This document shows positions 1-9,052 of a stretch of 64,000 nucleotides of DNA, piece by piece. This DNA is from Dehalococcoidia bacterium. GTDB lineage: Bacteria > Chloroflexota > Dehalococcoidia > Lucifugimonadales > Lucifugimonadaceae. Made by a program: the position numbers and the translations under genes. Position 1 is the first letter of the stretch, and the number at the start of each line of letters is the position of its first letter. The stretch covers positions 23,486 to 87,485 of the forward strand of contig DAOUKO010000019.1 of assembly GCA_034421215.1 (NCBI GenBank), given 5' to 3'. The notes beneath the pieces were generated by a model. The model was not told the origin of the DNA and did not search any database. It saw nothing but the letters and a program-made list of their open reading frames with translations.

Positions 1-426
1 ATCGAAACGGAACATGCAGCCGCCAAGCGGGAACTTGCCCAGGTGGAGGAATCTTCCGAACCGGCCCAGATCGCAGCCGATGAGGCGCGGCAATTGAATG
101 AACAACGCCGGTCTGAACTGGAAGAAGCTGAACGGCAATGGCAGGAAAGTGAAACCCAACTCAAATCCAAGAGAAGACGCCTGGGCCGTCTTTGCCTCAA
201 GATGGACGAAGAACGCAAGGTGTCCACTGCCGGCATCCCCCCCGAGGACCTGTCCCTCTATAACTCGCTCCTGATCCGCAAAGGAGGCGTGGCGGTGGTG
301 CGCGTCGAGCGCGGCGTGTGCCAGGGGTGCAGGGTCAGACTGCCGCTTCGCGAGTTGGCTCGCATCAGGGGCGCAGGCAACCTCGTCTCCTGCAGTAGCT
401 GCGGCAGGATCCTGCTGAACGAGTAA
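1..426 (+). CDS. C4 zinc-ribbon / coiled-coil protein (COG1579, DUF164-like), 5' end cut by window edge
   Basis: Frame 1 is open from base 1 (IETEHAAAKRELAQ...) into ORF 43..426. The N-terminal part looks like coiled-coil and the C-terminus has the CQGC...CSSC zinc ribbon typical of this family. Confidence 0.7.
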   Translation: METEHAAAKRELAQVEESSEPAQIAADEARQLNEQRRSELEEAERQWQESETQLKSKRRRLGRLCLKMDEERKVSTAGIPPEDLSLYNSLLIRKGGVAVVRVERGVCQGCRVRLPLRELARIRGAGNLVSCSSCGRILLNE

Positions 427-429
427 TCT

Positions 430-1884
430 ATGCGGGCGGTTGGAGTCTATAGGTCCCCGCTGCCCGGCGACGGCTCGACTGAGACCGGGACCGGTTTGCC
501 ATCGTCTCGCGGCCGAATTGACGACGAGGCGATACGCGACTACTGCGACCGGTTCAACCACCACCTGGTGAAGACGTTCGCAGGCGCCGACAGGGACGAG
601 AACTACGCAGGGCTGATCGCAAGCGTCGCCGGTCCGGAAGGGCGACCGGCGCTTGTCCTGATGCCTGACTCCACGCACCTCGCCAGTGACCTCGAAACCC
701 TGGTCAAGCGGCTGCTGGAATTGCAGTCGACGGGCTGTGAAATCAGGTGCCTTGACCCGGATTTCCCGGACCCCCTCCAAAACGGCCTTCGATTCCTCAG
801 CCTGCCGGGCAGGTCGCCCGGTTCTTTGCGCCGAATCCGGGAGGCGATTCTCGCCAAGGCATCTCGCGGCGAGGTCCTCGGGCGGACTCCATACGGTTAC
901 TGGGCCGGCCTGGACGGTCAACTGAAGGTCAACAATGCCGAGGCCGCAGTCGTCAAGCACATTTTCGACGTCTACGCGGGACCGACGCCAATTGGGAATA
1001 TGGCGCCTGCCGGCGGACAGGGCCTGCGGAGGATTGCCGCAAGCCTGAATGAACAAGGCGTGAGGACTCGAAAGGGCCGTCCGTGGACACCTGTTGCCAT
1101 TGCGGGTGTGCTGCGGAACAGGGCTTACGTGGGCACATACACGCGTTACGGCGTGCGTATCTCCGGCTCGCACCAGCCACTTGTGGAACGAGCCAAGTTC
1201 AACCTGGCCCAGCAGATCCTCGAGAGCCGGAAACCTGTGCGCCGCGCTTCTTCCGCGGAGCCGTACCTGCTCGGTGGACTGGCCCGCTGCGCGGCGTGCG
1301 GCCGGGGCGTGTTTGGCCTCACGCGAAAGAGGTCTTGGAAGCGAAAGAACGGCGAACAGGTAGACCGGACTTACCGGTATTACGAATGCCCGGGACGGAC
1401 GCGTCCGGGGAACGGAACGGCTGAAGAGCATGCGTCCTGGAGAGCAACCGAACTTGAGCAAATGGTTCGGGACAAGTTGTTGAAACTGGCCGAATCCGGC
1501 CGCCTCTCCCGCGGAAATGCCGATGGCGCGAATGCCATTCCCCCAACCAGGCGCGGGGCGAAGGTAGCCGCGGCGGAGCGGGATTTCATGAAGGCGCTCA
1601 GGTCCGTGGCTTCGGGATACGGCAGCATTCCAGACCTCACCGCGCCACTAGCAGTCCTCCAGAAGGCGCGAGCGGACGCAGCCAATGGGAGCGGTCCGTC
1701 GGGAGACGCTATGTCACTGGTTGAGGCTGCGACCGGTGACGACTCAAGCCTGGCGCGGCAAGCCATGTCCGCCCTGGTGGAACGCATAATCGTCAGTCCC
1801 GGCGGAGCGGAGATCGAACTGCGCAAACCACCGGCCAAACCCGCGCGGAGACGCCGTCGCTCCCATTCGCCGCCGGCGTCCTGA
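430..1884 (+). CDS. Large serine recombinase-family protein (divergent N-terminal catalytic domain)
   Basis: Recombinase domain (RTPYGYW..VVKHIFDVYAG..GLRRIAASLNEQGVRTRKGRPWTPVAIAGVLRNRAYVGTY). Zinc-ribbon recombinase motif (LARCAACGRG...YRYYECPG). Coiled-coil and basic tail. The N-terminus MRAVGVYRS... is resolvase-like but atypical. The ATG lies 3 nt after the upstream stop. Confidence 0.75.
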   Translation: MRAVGVYRSPLPGDGSTETGTGLPSSRGRIDDEAIRDYCDRFNHHLVKTFAGADRDENYAGLIASVAGPEGRPALVLMPDSTHLASDLETLVKRLLELQSTGCEIRCLDPDFPDPLQNGLRFLSLPGRSPGSLRRIREAILAKASRGEVLGRTPYGYWAGLDGQLKVNNAEAAVVKHIFDVYAGPTPIGNMAPAGGQGLRRIAASLNEQGVRTRKGRPWTPVAIAGVLRNRAYVGTYTRYGVRISGSHQPLVERAKFNLAQQILESRKPVRRASSAEPYLLGGLARCAACGRGVFGLTRKRSWKRKNGEQVDRTYRYYECPGRTRPGNGTAEEHASWRATELEQMVRDKLLKLAESGRLSRGNADGANAIPPTRRGAKVAAAERDFMKALRSVASGYGSIPDLTAPLAVLQKARADAANGSGPSGDAMSLVEAATGDDSSLARQAMSALVERIIVSPGGAEIELRKPPAKPARRRRRSHSPPAS

Positions 1885-1904
1885 GTTCCGCCGCTGTTAT
1901 CATC

Positions 1905-2312
1905 GGGCCAGACCAAGGCGGACGGGCGGCCGCTCCTCGATTCTTCGGGGGGAGGAAAGTCCGAGCACCTTCGGGCATGGGCGCCCGCTAACAGCGGGGC
2001 GGGGCGACCCGACGGAAAGTGCAACAGAAACACACCGTCCGCTCAGGCGGATAAGGGTGAAATGGCGAGGTAAGAGCTCACCGCCCGGACGGTAACGGAC
2101 GGGGCAGGGCAAACCCCGCCCGGTGCAAGGCCAAATAGGGGGGCGATGACGTTGCCCGACCAGTCCCCGGGTTGGCCGCTCGAGCCCTCCGGCAACGGGG
2201 GGCCCAGATGGATGGCCGCCGCCTTGCTAGAGGGAGAGGAAGAAGGTCTCCCGAGACCGTAAACTGCCCCGCCGCAAGGCACAGAACTCGGCTTACAGTC
2301 CACCTTGATCGA
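1905..2312 (+). ncRNA. rnpB: RNase P RNA, bacterial type A
   Basis: The conserved blocks occur in order: GGAGGAAAGTCCGAGC (1951-), GTGCAACAGAAACACACCG, GGATAAGGGTGAAA, GGTAAGAGCTCACCG, GGCAAACCCCGCCCGGTGCAAGGCCAAATAGGGG, CAGATGGATGGCCGCC, CACAGAACTCGGCTTAC. The 5' ACCAAGGCGGAC (1912-1923) can pair with the 3' GTCCACCTTGAT (2298-2309). Ends are approximate. Confidence 0.88.
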
Positions 2313-2349
2313 ACACCCGCGTCGTCACCGGCGCGGGTGTTTCTTTTTC
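2313..2349 (+). terminator. Rho-independent terminator after rnpB
   Basis: ACACCCGCG (2313-2321) and CGCGGGTGT (2332-2340) form a perfect 9-bp stem, followed by TTCTTTTTC. Confidence 0.6.
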
Positions 2350-2672
2350 GGCCATGCGTGGGACGGAGCGGAGATTTTCGCGCCTGATAGCCGTTCAGTG
2401 CCGCCAAATCGTGGAAGCGAACCAATATTTGCCAATGGCCTCGTCCCCGGAGGTAGTTTCGCTCAGGTAGTCGTCCACATCCTAAACCACTTCGCCTCTT
2501 CAGCCCATTGCGAATTAACGGGGCAAACTTGTGAACTGAACGTGCTTGCCCGACTCCATGGGTTCCTGCAACCGTTGGAAACCTTCGAATTCGGATAACA
2601 TTGGGTGATAGATTCTGTGATCGCGAGGCTTCGTTTTTGGGGACTTTCAAGTGGCCGTTGCGGATTTCCAGC

Positions 2673-2993
2673 ATGGACCGCCGGCATGTTCAGGACATAG
2701 AGGCTACGGTGGACACCGGGGCCGCTTACACTACGCTGCCCACCAGCCTGCTGCACGAACTCGGCGTTGAGCCGATGGGAAAGCGCCGGTTCCTCCTGGC
2801 GGACGGAAGGCGTGTCGACATGGATTACGGGAGAGCCTGGGCGACCGTCAACGGAGATAGCGAAGTGACGATCGTCGTCTTCGGGGAGGATAATGCTCCC
2901 CCTCTCCTGGGCGCGTACACCCTGGAGGGTCTCGCCCTAGCGGTGGACCCAACCTCTCAGCGGTTGGTTCCTACCCACCTCATAATGTACTAG
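2673..2993 (+). CDS. Retropepsin-like (clan AA) aspartic protease, DTGA type
   Basis: The ORF 2601..2993 contains ATVDTGAAYTTLP (D-T-G-A active-site motif) and has the small single-lobe size of this family. I prefer the internal ATG at 2673 (MDRRHVQDIEA...). The start is uncertain. Confidence 0.6.
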   Translation: MDRRHVQDIEATVDTGAAYTTLPTSLLHELGVEPMGKRRFLLADGRRVDMDYGRAWATVNGDSEVTIVVFGEDNAPPLLGAYTLEGLALAVDPTSQRLVPTHLIMY

Positions 2994-3041
2994 GGTCGGC
3001 ACCGTTTACCCGTAAGCCGGTTCGCAGGAATCGGGCCGCCC

Positions 3042-4214
3042 TCAGGCGTCCTGGCCGCGGCGCGCCCAGTCGGCGTTTTCGAACATATTCAGGCCGGGGT
3101 CCGCGTACACCCCGTTGACCGACTCCGGCGGGTTTGAGCGGATGAAGTATTCGTCCAGTTCGACTCCCCAACCTGGACCTTCCGGAACCGGGAAGTACCC
3201 GTCGACGACCTCGGGGTAGTTGGAACCGGCCTGCTTGACGTACGGATCGGCAAAATCGTTGAAGTGTTCCAGTATCTTGCCGTTTCGCAAGGTCAGCGTG
3301 AGGTGGAGGCCCGCCATCGTTGAGACTATGCCGCCCACGTTGTGGGGCGCAGTCATTATCGAGTAGGTCTCCGCAGTCGAAGCGATCTTCTTGGTCTCCA
3401 GGATGCCGCCGGACTGTGTGATGTCGGGCTGGATGATGTCGACCGAGCCGCTGCCCCACACTTCCCTGAACTCGGGAGCGCCGTAGAGCCGTTCGCCGGT
3501 CGCAATAGGCAACGACGTGTGTTGGCGGACCGATTGCAAGGCAGGGATGTCCCCGGGTCTCACCGGTTCTTCGATCCAACCGACGTTGTAGCGCTCCACC
3601 ATGCGCGCAACTTCCCGCGCCTGGTGCGGAGCAAAGCGCCCGTGCATTTCCAGCATGATCTGTGCGGCGGTACCGGTAACGCTCGCAACCGCTTCGATCA
3701 GGTCGAGCGACTTATAGAACTCAGGCCGCTCCAGTTCGAGGTCGCCGTTGCCGAACGGGTCGAATTTCATAGCCCGGTAGCCGCGTTCCATGACCCTACG
3801 GGCGGCTTCGGCAAATTGTTCGGGCGACCTTTCGACCGTGTACCAGCCGTTGGCGTATGCGGGTACCGGGCCCCTGGCCTGCCCGCCCAGCAGGCGGTAG
3901 ACCGGCTGGCCGCACGCCTTGCCGATGATGTCCCAGTACGCCAGTTCGACCAATGCCAGCCCGGTGTAAACGACCTCTCCTGGCTTGCCGAAGTCCAATA
4001 GCGTCATGCGGCGATAGAGGGCTTCGATGTCGAACGGATCGTGGCCGATGAAGTGGCGCTGGACGTCCTTGAGGTACTCGCCGACCGTGTGCGTCTTGCC
4101 CAGGACCCTGGCCTCGCCGACGCCCGTCAGACCCTCGTCCGTTTCGACGAAGACGTAAGTCAGGTTTCGCCACGGTGTGCCCAGCACCGCCGTCCTGAAT
4201 GAGGTCGTTTTCAT
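3042..4214 (-). CDS. Enolase-superfamily enzyme (mandelate racemase/muconate lactonizing family; galactonate/mannonate dehydratase-like)
   Basis: 390 aa. N-terminal capping domain (LTYVFVETDEGLTGVGEA) and barrel domain with IEEP and the acid-sugar dehydratase-like layout. Confidence 0.85.
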   Translation of the reverse strand: MKTTSFRTAVLGTPWRNLTYVFVETDEGLTGVGEARVLGKTHTVGEYLKDVQRHFIGHDPFDIEALYRRMTLLDFGKPGEVVYTGLALVELAYWDIIGKACGQPVYRLLGGQARGPVPAYANGWYTVERSPEQFAEAARRVMERGYRAMKFDPFGNGDLELERPEFYKSLDLIEAVASVTGTAAQIMLEMHGRFAPHQAREVARMVERYNVGWIEEPVRPGDIPALQSVRQHTSLPIATGERLYGAPEFREVWGSGSVDIIQPDITQSGGILETKKIASTAETYSIMTAPHNVGGIVSTMAGLHLTLTLRNGKILEHFNDFADPYVKQAGSNYPEVVDGYFPVPEGPGWGVELDEYFIRSNPPESVNGVYADPGLNMFENADWARRGQDA

Positions 4215-4291
4215 TCGTTCACCCCTCTGACAGACAAAGCGGCCCGGCCGCTATTCGGGCCGGGCCGCTTCCCAAATCGCCTCCGTACCGC

Positions 4292-5938
4292 CTACCAGGT
4301 CTGGTAGACGGACATCGCATTTTCGTCCATGGTCTTGACGTCGAGCAGGCAGCACCTACCGTCGGCGTTGAGTTGCCTGGCAGTCCTGATGGCGTCGCCG
4401 ATGTCGTCTGCGCTTTCGACCGATATGCCTACGGCGCCGAGCCCCTCGGCAATTCGGGCGTAGTTTCCGGTCATGTTGCCGGCGCCGTATTTCTCCATCG
4501 CCGTTGGGATCGACCGGTCATAGCCTCCCATCGTCTGGTTATCCAGCACGATTGTCGTGATCGGGACGCCAGCGCGCACCGCGGTCTCAATGTCCAGGCC
4601 CGACATTCCGAACGCAGCGTCGCCCATGAAGTTCATGCAGAACTTGTCCGGGTTGGCGACCTTCGAACCGATCATGAGCGGTATGCCGTAGCCGAGGTGG
4701 GTGGTCTTGCCCCAGCCGATGTAACCGTGCGGCACGGTTGCCCTGTAGAAAGGCATGATCTGGTCGCGCGGGTGTCCGGCGTCGTGCGTCATGATGGTGT
4801 TGTCGTGGTCTACCGCCTTGTTGATCTCGTTTACGAGGCGGTACGGGTTTATCGGCTGCGCATCCGAGGTGAGGAGCGGCTTCCACTCCTCAAGCCACCT
4901 TCGCTTCACGTCCGCAACGTCTTCCTGGACAGCGGTGTCGCCGCTTCGTCCTTGCTCGCCGAGTTGTGCCTTGGCCTCGTCGATCATCGCCTCGAGTACC
5001 AGCTTGGCGTCGCCCGGCAGTCCGATGTCGATCGTGTAGTCCTTGTTGATGTCGTCCACGTTGTTCGTGGAGTGGATCATGAACTTCCCTTCGGATGGGA
5101 CGTCGATGCCGTAGTTGGTCCTGGTGAGGCTCGTGCCGATGCCGAAGTAGACGTCGGACTCTTTCAACCACGTCCAGACACCCAGCGGCGCGGTGCGGTT
5201 CGCTGCGCCGAGCGCCAGGGGGTGTTCTTCGGAGATCGCGCCCTTGCCCTCCATAGTGGTTATCACGGGGATCTGGGTTAGTTCCGCGAACTCCCTCAGT
5301 TCGTCCGTTGCCTCAGCGTAATAAATCCCCTGCCCCGCGGAGATGACGGGCCGCCTGGCGGACAGCAGCTTGCTTACTGCGTCCTTGATGTCGGAAATGG
5401 AAGGCATGACCTTCCACTCCCTGGGCGACTGGTACGAATCGAGGTTCGTGACCTCGCCGTCCATGACATCGCGGTGGATCTCATATACCACCGGGCCCGG
5501 GCGGCCGTTTCGCAGCGCGTGGAACGCCCGCCTGAGCAGCGGGACGATGTAGTCCGGGCTTGTGGGCGCTTCCGCCCATTTGGAAATGTACTGATAGTTC
5601 CAGGTCGCCTTGAAGTGCGGCTTCACTCCGCCCTTGTAGAGGCCCGGCCCGTCCGGGAAGTACATAATCGGGACGCCGTCGCCCCATGCCTGGGCGATTC
5701 CGCCGAAGGAATTTTCTACTCCCGGCCCGCCCTGCGAGGCGAAGATGCCAGGCTTGTTGCCGTTGGTCATTCGGCTGAACGCATCGGCGGCCATGATGCC
5801 GCCGCGCTCCTGCCGGAACGTGATTGGGCGAATGTCCGCCTCTGCCACCGCCTCGATCAGCGGGTTCGAGGGGAAACAGGCGATCCACTCGACGCCTTCC
5901 ATCTTGAGCACTCTGGCAATAGCTTCGTAGCCGTTCAT
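4292..5938 (-). CDS. Thiamine-pyrophosphate-dependent enzyme (acetolactate synthase / sulfoacetaldehyde acetyltransferase-like)
   Basis: MNGYEAIARVLKMEGVEWIACFPSNP... N-terminal TPP-PYR domain. GDAAFGMSGLDIETAVRAGVPITTIVLDN TPP-binding motif. The start was moved to ATG 5938, preceded by GGAGG. Confidence 0.85.
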   Translation of the reverse strand: MNGYEAIARVLKMEGVEWIACFPSNPLIEAVAEADIRPITFRQERGGIMAADAFSRMTNGNKPGIFASQGGPGVENSFGGIAQAWGDGVPIMYFPDGPGLYKGGVKPHFKATWNYQYISKWAEAPTSPDYIVPLLRRAFHALRNGRPGPVVYEIHRDVMDGEVTNLDSYQSPREWKVMPSISDIKDAVSKLLSARRPVISAGQGIYYAEATDELREFAELTQIPVITTMEGKGAISEEHPLALGAANRTAPLGVWTWLKESDVYFGIGTSLTRTNYGIDVPSEGKFMIHSTNNVDDINKDYTIDIGLPGDAKLVLEAMIDEAKAQLGEQGRSGDTAVQEDVADVKRRWLEEWKPLLTSDAQPINPYRLVNEINKAVDHDNTIMTHDAGHPRDQIMPFYRATVPHGYIGWGKTTHLGYGIPLMIGSKVANPDKFCMNFMGDAAFGMSGLDIETAVRAGVPITTIVLDNQTMGGYDRSIPTAMEKYGAGNMTGNYARIAEGLGAVGISVESADDIGDAIRTARQLNADGRCCLLDVKTMDENAMSVYQTW

Positions 5939-6159
5939 AAACTGAACCTCCGTGGTCGGGCCTCGGACGACGACCTGCGAATCAGGCCGCTTGCCGGGTC
6001 GATTCAGTGTATGCCGGGCCTTGGCGGCCCGCAAACTACAGTTGGGTCGAAGACGTCAATCTATGACCATAGTCAGCGCCGGCGCGCTTGGACACCCCGA
6101 ACTGCGACTTCTATCATTGCCGGCGATAAGCCACAGAATCTTCGGTCACCCGCAAGAGC

Positions 6160-8508
6160 ATGAGTATTACGAAACAGGACCTTCAAGCTTCACTACCTGA
6201 CGTCCACTCAACCCTGACGATTAACGGGTTGCGCGGCCAAGTGACGATTTTTCGTGACGGCTGGGGCGTGCCGCACATCAAGGCGGAATCTGAGTGGGAC
6301 GCGTTCCTTGGCCAGGGATTCGCCACCGCGCAAGACCGGATGTGGCACATGGAATACGACCTGAGACGCTCACTTGGCAAATGGGCAGAGTGGGCCGGGC
6401 CGAGCGGACTGGCGCAGGACCTGCTGTGGCGCAGGCTGGACATCGAACGCGCCGCCAGGGCGGACCTGCAGGCGTCGGATGGACCAGCCGCAGAAATGCT
6501 CGAAGCCTACTGCGCAGGTGTCAACGCGTTCATCGAAACGACCGGCTCCCTCCCGGTGGAGTACCGATTGCTCGACACTGGGCCGGAGCCTTGGGAACCG
6601 TGGCAATGCCTGGCCGCTTACAAGGTGCGCAACCTCGTATACGGCGTATGGGAGATGAAGCTGTGGCGGGCCCGGCTCGCAGGCGAGATCGGCCCGGAAG
6701 CGGCGGCAAGGCTCTTCAGAGGATACGAGTCCGGTCACCTGGTCACCGTACCGCCGGGCGAGCTTTTCGACGGGCCGGACCTTCACGGGCTGGACGAACT
6801 GATTGCCGCGGTCGAAATGCTGGGCGACCCGGCGTTCGGCGACGGAGGCAGCAACGCGTGGGTCATCGGAGGCGGACTGACCGAATCGGGAATGCCGTTG
6901 GTAGCAGGCGACTCCCACCGCGCGTTGGACACGCCGAACGTCTATTACCAGGTGCACATGTCCTGTCCCGAGTGGCGCGTGAGCGGCTATTCATTGCCCG
7001 GCGTGCCTGCGGCGCCACACTTCAGCCACACGGAGCATGCAGCGTGGGGAATGACGCACGGGTACGCCGATTACCAGGACCTGTTCGTCGAAAAGTTCCG
7101 CAACGGAACGGAAGACCGGCTCGAATACAAGACCGGCAACGGGTGGGTGCTCGCCGAACATCGCGTAGAAGAAATACAGATCAGGGGCGAGGCGCCGCAG
7201 CCGATCAACATCGTCCGCACCAGGCACGGGCCGGTCATCCTGGGCAATCCGGAAAACGGCGGCGGCGTGGCGTTCTCGCATCCCGGCACCAACAGCGGTA
7301 CGCCGTGGGCCAACACCCTGCTCGGCCTGCTGAGGGCTCGCAACGCCGACGAGGTGGAGGAGTCCCTGAGGGACTGGACCGAGCCGGTAAATAACTTCGT
7401 GTACGCCGACAGGAGCGGCGAGATCGGCTACAGGTACCGCGGCAGGATACCCATCCGCTCGATGTCCAACGCATGGCGGCCTATCGACGGGTCGGGCGAC
7501 GAGCACGAGTGGGGCGAGGAAATACCTTTTGAAGAGATGCCGGCGACCCGGAATCCTTCGGCCGGTTGGGTCGTTACGTGCAACCAACGCGTGGTAGGCG
7601 ACGACTACCCTCACTACATCGCCCTGGAATACGCGCCGGACTACAGGGCGCGGCGCGTTATTTCACACATCGGGAACTGGCAAAGCGGCAAGGGCAACGT
7701 GGGAGACATGACTGCCATGCACGCCGACAGGATCTCGTTACCGGGGCTGGCGTTCGCGCGGGTCGCGGCCGGTCTTGCCGTGGCTGACGAGCGCGTTGCA
7801 CACGCCGTCTCGTTGCTCAAGGCCTGGGACGGCGGAATGGAGGTCGATTCCCCCGCCGCCGCCGTATACGGGGCTGCAAGGGCGCACATGCTGACCGCAC
7901 TGGCGGAAATGCTGCTGGGCTCGCTCGCCGGGGAAGGTACCAGCAACACCGGCCGGGGAGCGTTCGTTCACCTGTCCCAGATATTCAGCAGGGCCGTCGC
8001 CGACATGGAGTCGGAGTCCCCGTCGCTGCTCCCACCCGGGCACAACTGGGACAAGATCGTCCACGATTCACTGGTCGCCGCGATCAGTGAGTTGACCGAA
8101 CGCCTTGGGGACGACATGGAGTCGTGGAGATGGGGCGACATCCACCGCACCAACCCACAGCACCCGCTGAGTCCGGTTTTTCCTGAAGCGGCCGATTTGC
8201 TCGACCCGCCCGGATTCGAGTACGGAGGCGACGCGGAAACACCCCAGGCCGCCGCTTACTCTTTCACCGACCGCTTCAACGTGAGCAGCACTTCCTCAAA
8301 CCGGTATATTCACGACACCGCAGACTGGAGCAGGTCGCTTTGGGTGGTGCCTCTGGGCGCCTCCGGCCATCCCGGCAGCCCGCACTATGCCGACCAGGCC
8401 CCCCTCTGGGCTACGGTGCGGTACGTGCCCCAACTGTGGGACTGGGACGATATCGATCACCACAGCGAGTCCCGCCAGAGACTGGTCCCGTTGCCGGACA
8501 CCGGGTGA
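6160..8508 (+). CDS. Penicillin acylase family (peptidase S45, Ntn-hydrolase) amidase
   Basis: 782 aa. VTIFRDGWGVPHI, GFATAQDRMWHME and the GDGGSNAWVIGG junction with the nucleophile Ser. No obvious signal peptide. Confidence 0.9.
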   Translation: MSITKQDLQASLPDVHSTLTINGLRGQVTIFRDGWGVPHIKAESEWDAFLGQGFATAQDRMWHMEYDLRRSLGKWAEWAGPSGLAQDLLWRRLDIERAARADLQASDGPAAEMLEAYCAGVNAFIETTGSLPVEYRLLDTGPEPWEPWQCLAAYKVRNLVYGVWEMKLWRARLAGEIGPEAAARLFRGYESGHLVTVPPGELFDGPDLHGLDELIAAVEMLGDPAFGDGGSNAWVIGGGLTESGMPLVAGDSHRALDTPNVYYQVHMSCPEWRVSGYSLPGVPAAPHFSHTEHAAWGMTHGYADYQDLFVEKFRNGTEDRLEYKTGNGWVLAEHRVEEIQIRGEAPQPINIVRTRHGPVILGNPENGGGVAFSHPGTNSGTPWANTLLGLLRARNADEVEESLRDWTEPVNNFVYADRSGEIGYRYRGRIPIRSMSNAWRPIDGSGDEHEWGEEIPFEEMPATRNPSAGWVVTCNQRVVGDDYPHYIALEYAPDYRARRVISHIGNWQSGKGNVGDMTAMHADRISLPGLAFARVAAGLAVADERVAHAVSLLKAWDGGMEVDSPAAAVYGAARAHMLTALAEMLLGSLAGEGTSNTGRGAFVHLSQIFSRAVADMESESPSLLPPGHNWDKIVHDSLVAAISELTERLGDDMESWRWGDIHRTNPQHPLSPVFPEAADLLDPPGFEYGGDAETPQAAAYSFTDRFNVSSTSSNRYIHDTADWSRSLWVVPLGASGHPGSPHYADQAPLWATVRYVPQLWDWDDIDHHSESRQRLVPLPDTG

Positions 8509-8515
8509 CTTACAT

Positions 8516-8968
8516 ATGCGACACGGCCGATATTTCGAGGACTTCGAGCCGGGCCAGACGTTTTCGCACTGGCCGGGACGCACCATCACGGACGCGGACG
8601 ACATCTGGTTCTCCCTGTTGACGCAAAACCAGAACCCGCTACACATCGACGCCCATTACGCCGCTGGGCGAGAACCTCACCACAAGCCGCTGGTGAACGG
8701 GACGCTGGTCTTCTCAATCGCGGTTGGGCAAACCGTGGCCGACATATCCCTGAACGCCGTGGCAAATCTGGACTACGAAGAGGTGAAGCACGAGGGCCCC
8801 GTCTTCCACGGAGACTCCATCTACACGACGAGCACGATAGTCGCCACGCGGTTGACGTCGCGCGGGGACCGCGGGGTCGTAAAGGTGGAAACGGTCGCCA
8901 GGAACCAGCATGGCGAACGCGTTCTCAGTTTCCGCCGCAACGTACTGTTGCCCTGCGCGCCGGACTGA
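8516..8968 (+). CDS. MaoC-family (R)-specific enoyl-CoA hydratase/dehydratase
   Basis: MRHGRYFEDFEPGQTFSHWPGRTITDADDIWFSLLTQNQNPLHID hot-dog fold signature. Start taken as ATG 8516, inside ORF 8387..8968. Confidence 0.8.
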   Translation: MRHGRYFEDFEPGQTFSHWPGRTITDADDIWFSLLTQNQNPLHIDAHYAAGREPHHKPLVNGTLVFSIAVGQTVADISLNAVANLDYEEVKHEGPVFHGDSIYTTSTIVATRLTSRGDRGVVKVETVARNQHGERVLSFRRNVLLPCAPD

Positions 8969-9052
8969 CACCGGCGCAATGACTGCCGTAGCGCGCCGGA
9001 ATCTACTTGCATGCCGCACGGCGATACACCAACGGATTGAAGGAGGCACCGC

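Noticed and set aside
2305-2598. 97-aa ORF starting inside the 3' end of rnpB and running through its terminator
   Set aside because: It overlaps the RNase P RNA 3' end and the terminator hairpin. It has no motifs, odd composition and no RBS. I could not find a partner-like gene for the downstream protease here.
430-2993. Idea that the recombinase, rnpB and the protease form a prophage remnant or integrative element
   Set aside because: I found no phage or IS genes and no flanking direct or inverted repeats. The recombinase-like gene is nearly translationally coupled to the upstream housekeeping gene. It is kept only as a hypothesis in the findings.
5939-6034. N-terminal extensions given by the ORF track (TPP enzyme to 6034, aminopeptidase to 41679, LLM to 53465, SDR to 63864, ilvD from 42578, sulfatase from 13781, ftsZ from 10435)
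   Set aside because: The extensions are Arg/Pro-rich and overlap neighbouring genes or repeats. Internal starts preceded by GGAGG/AAGGAG-type sites coincide with the N-termini typical of each family.
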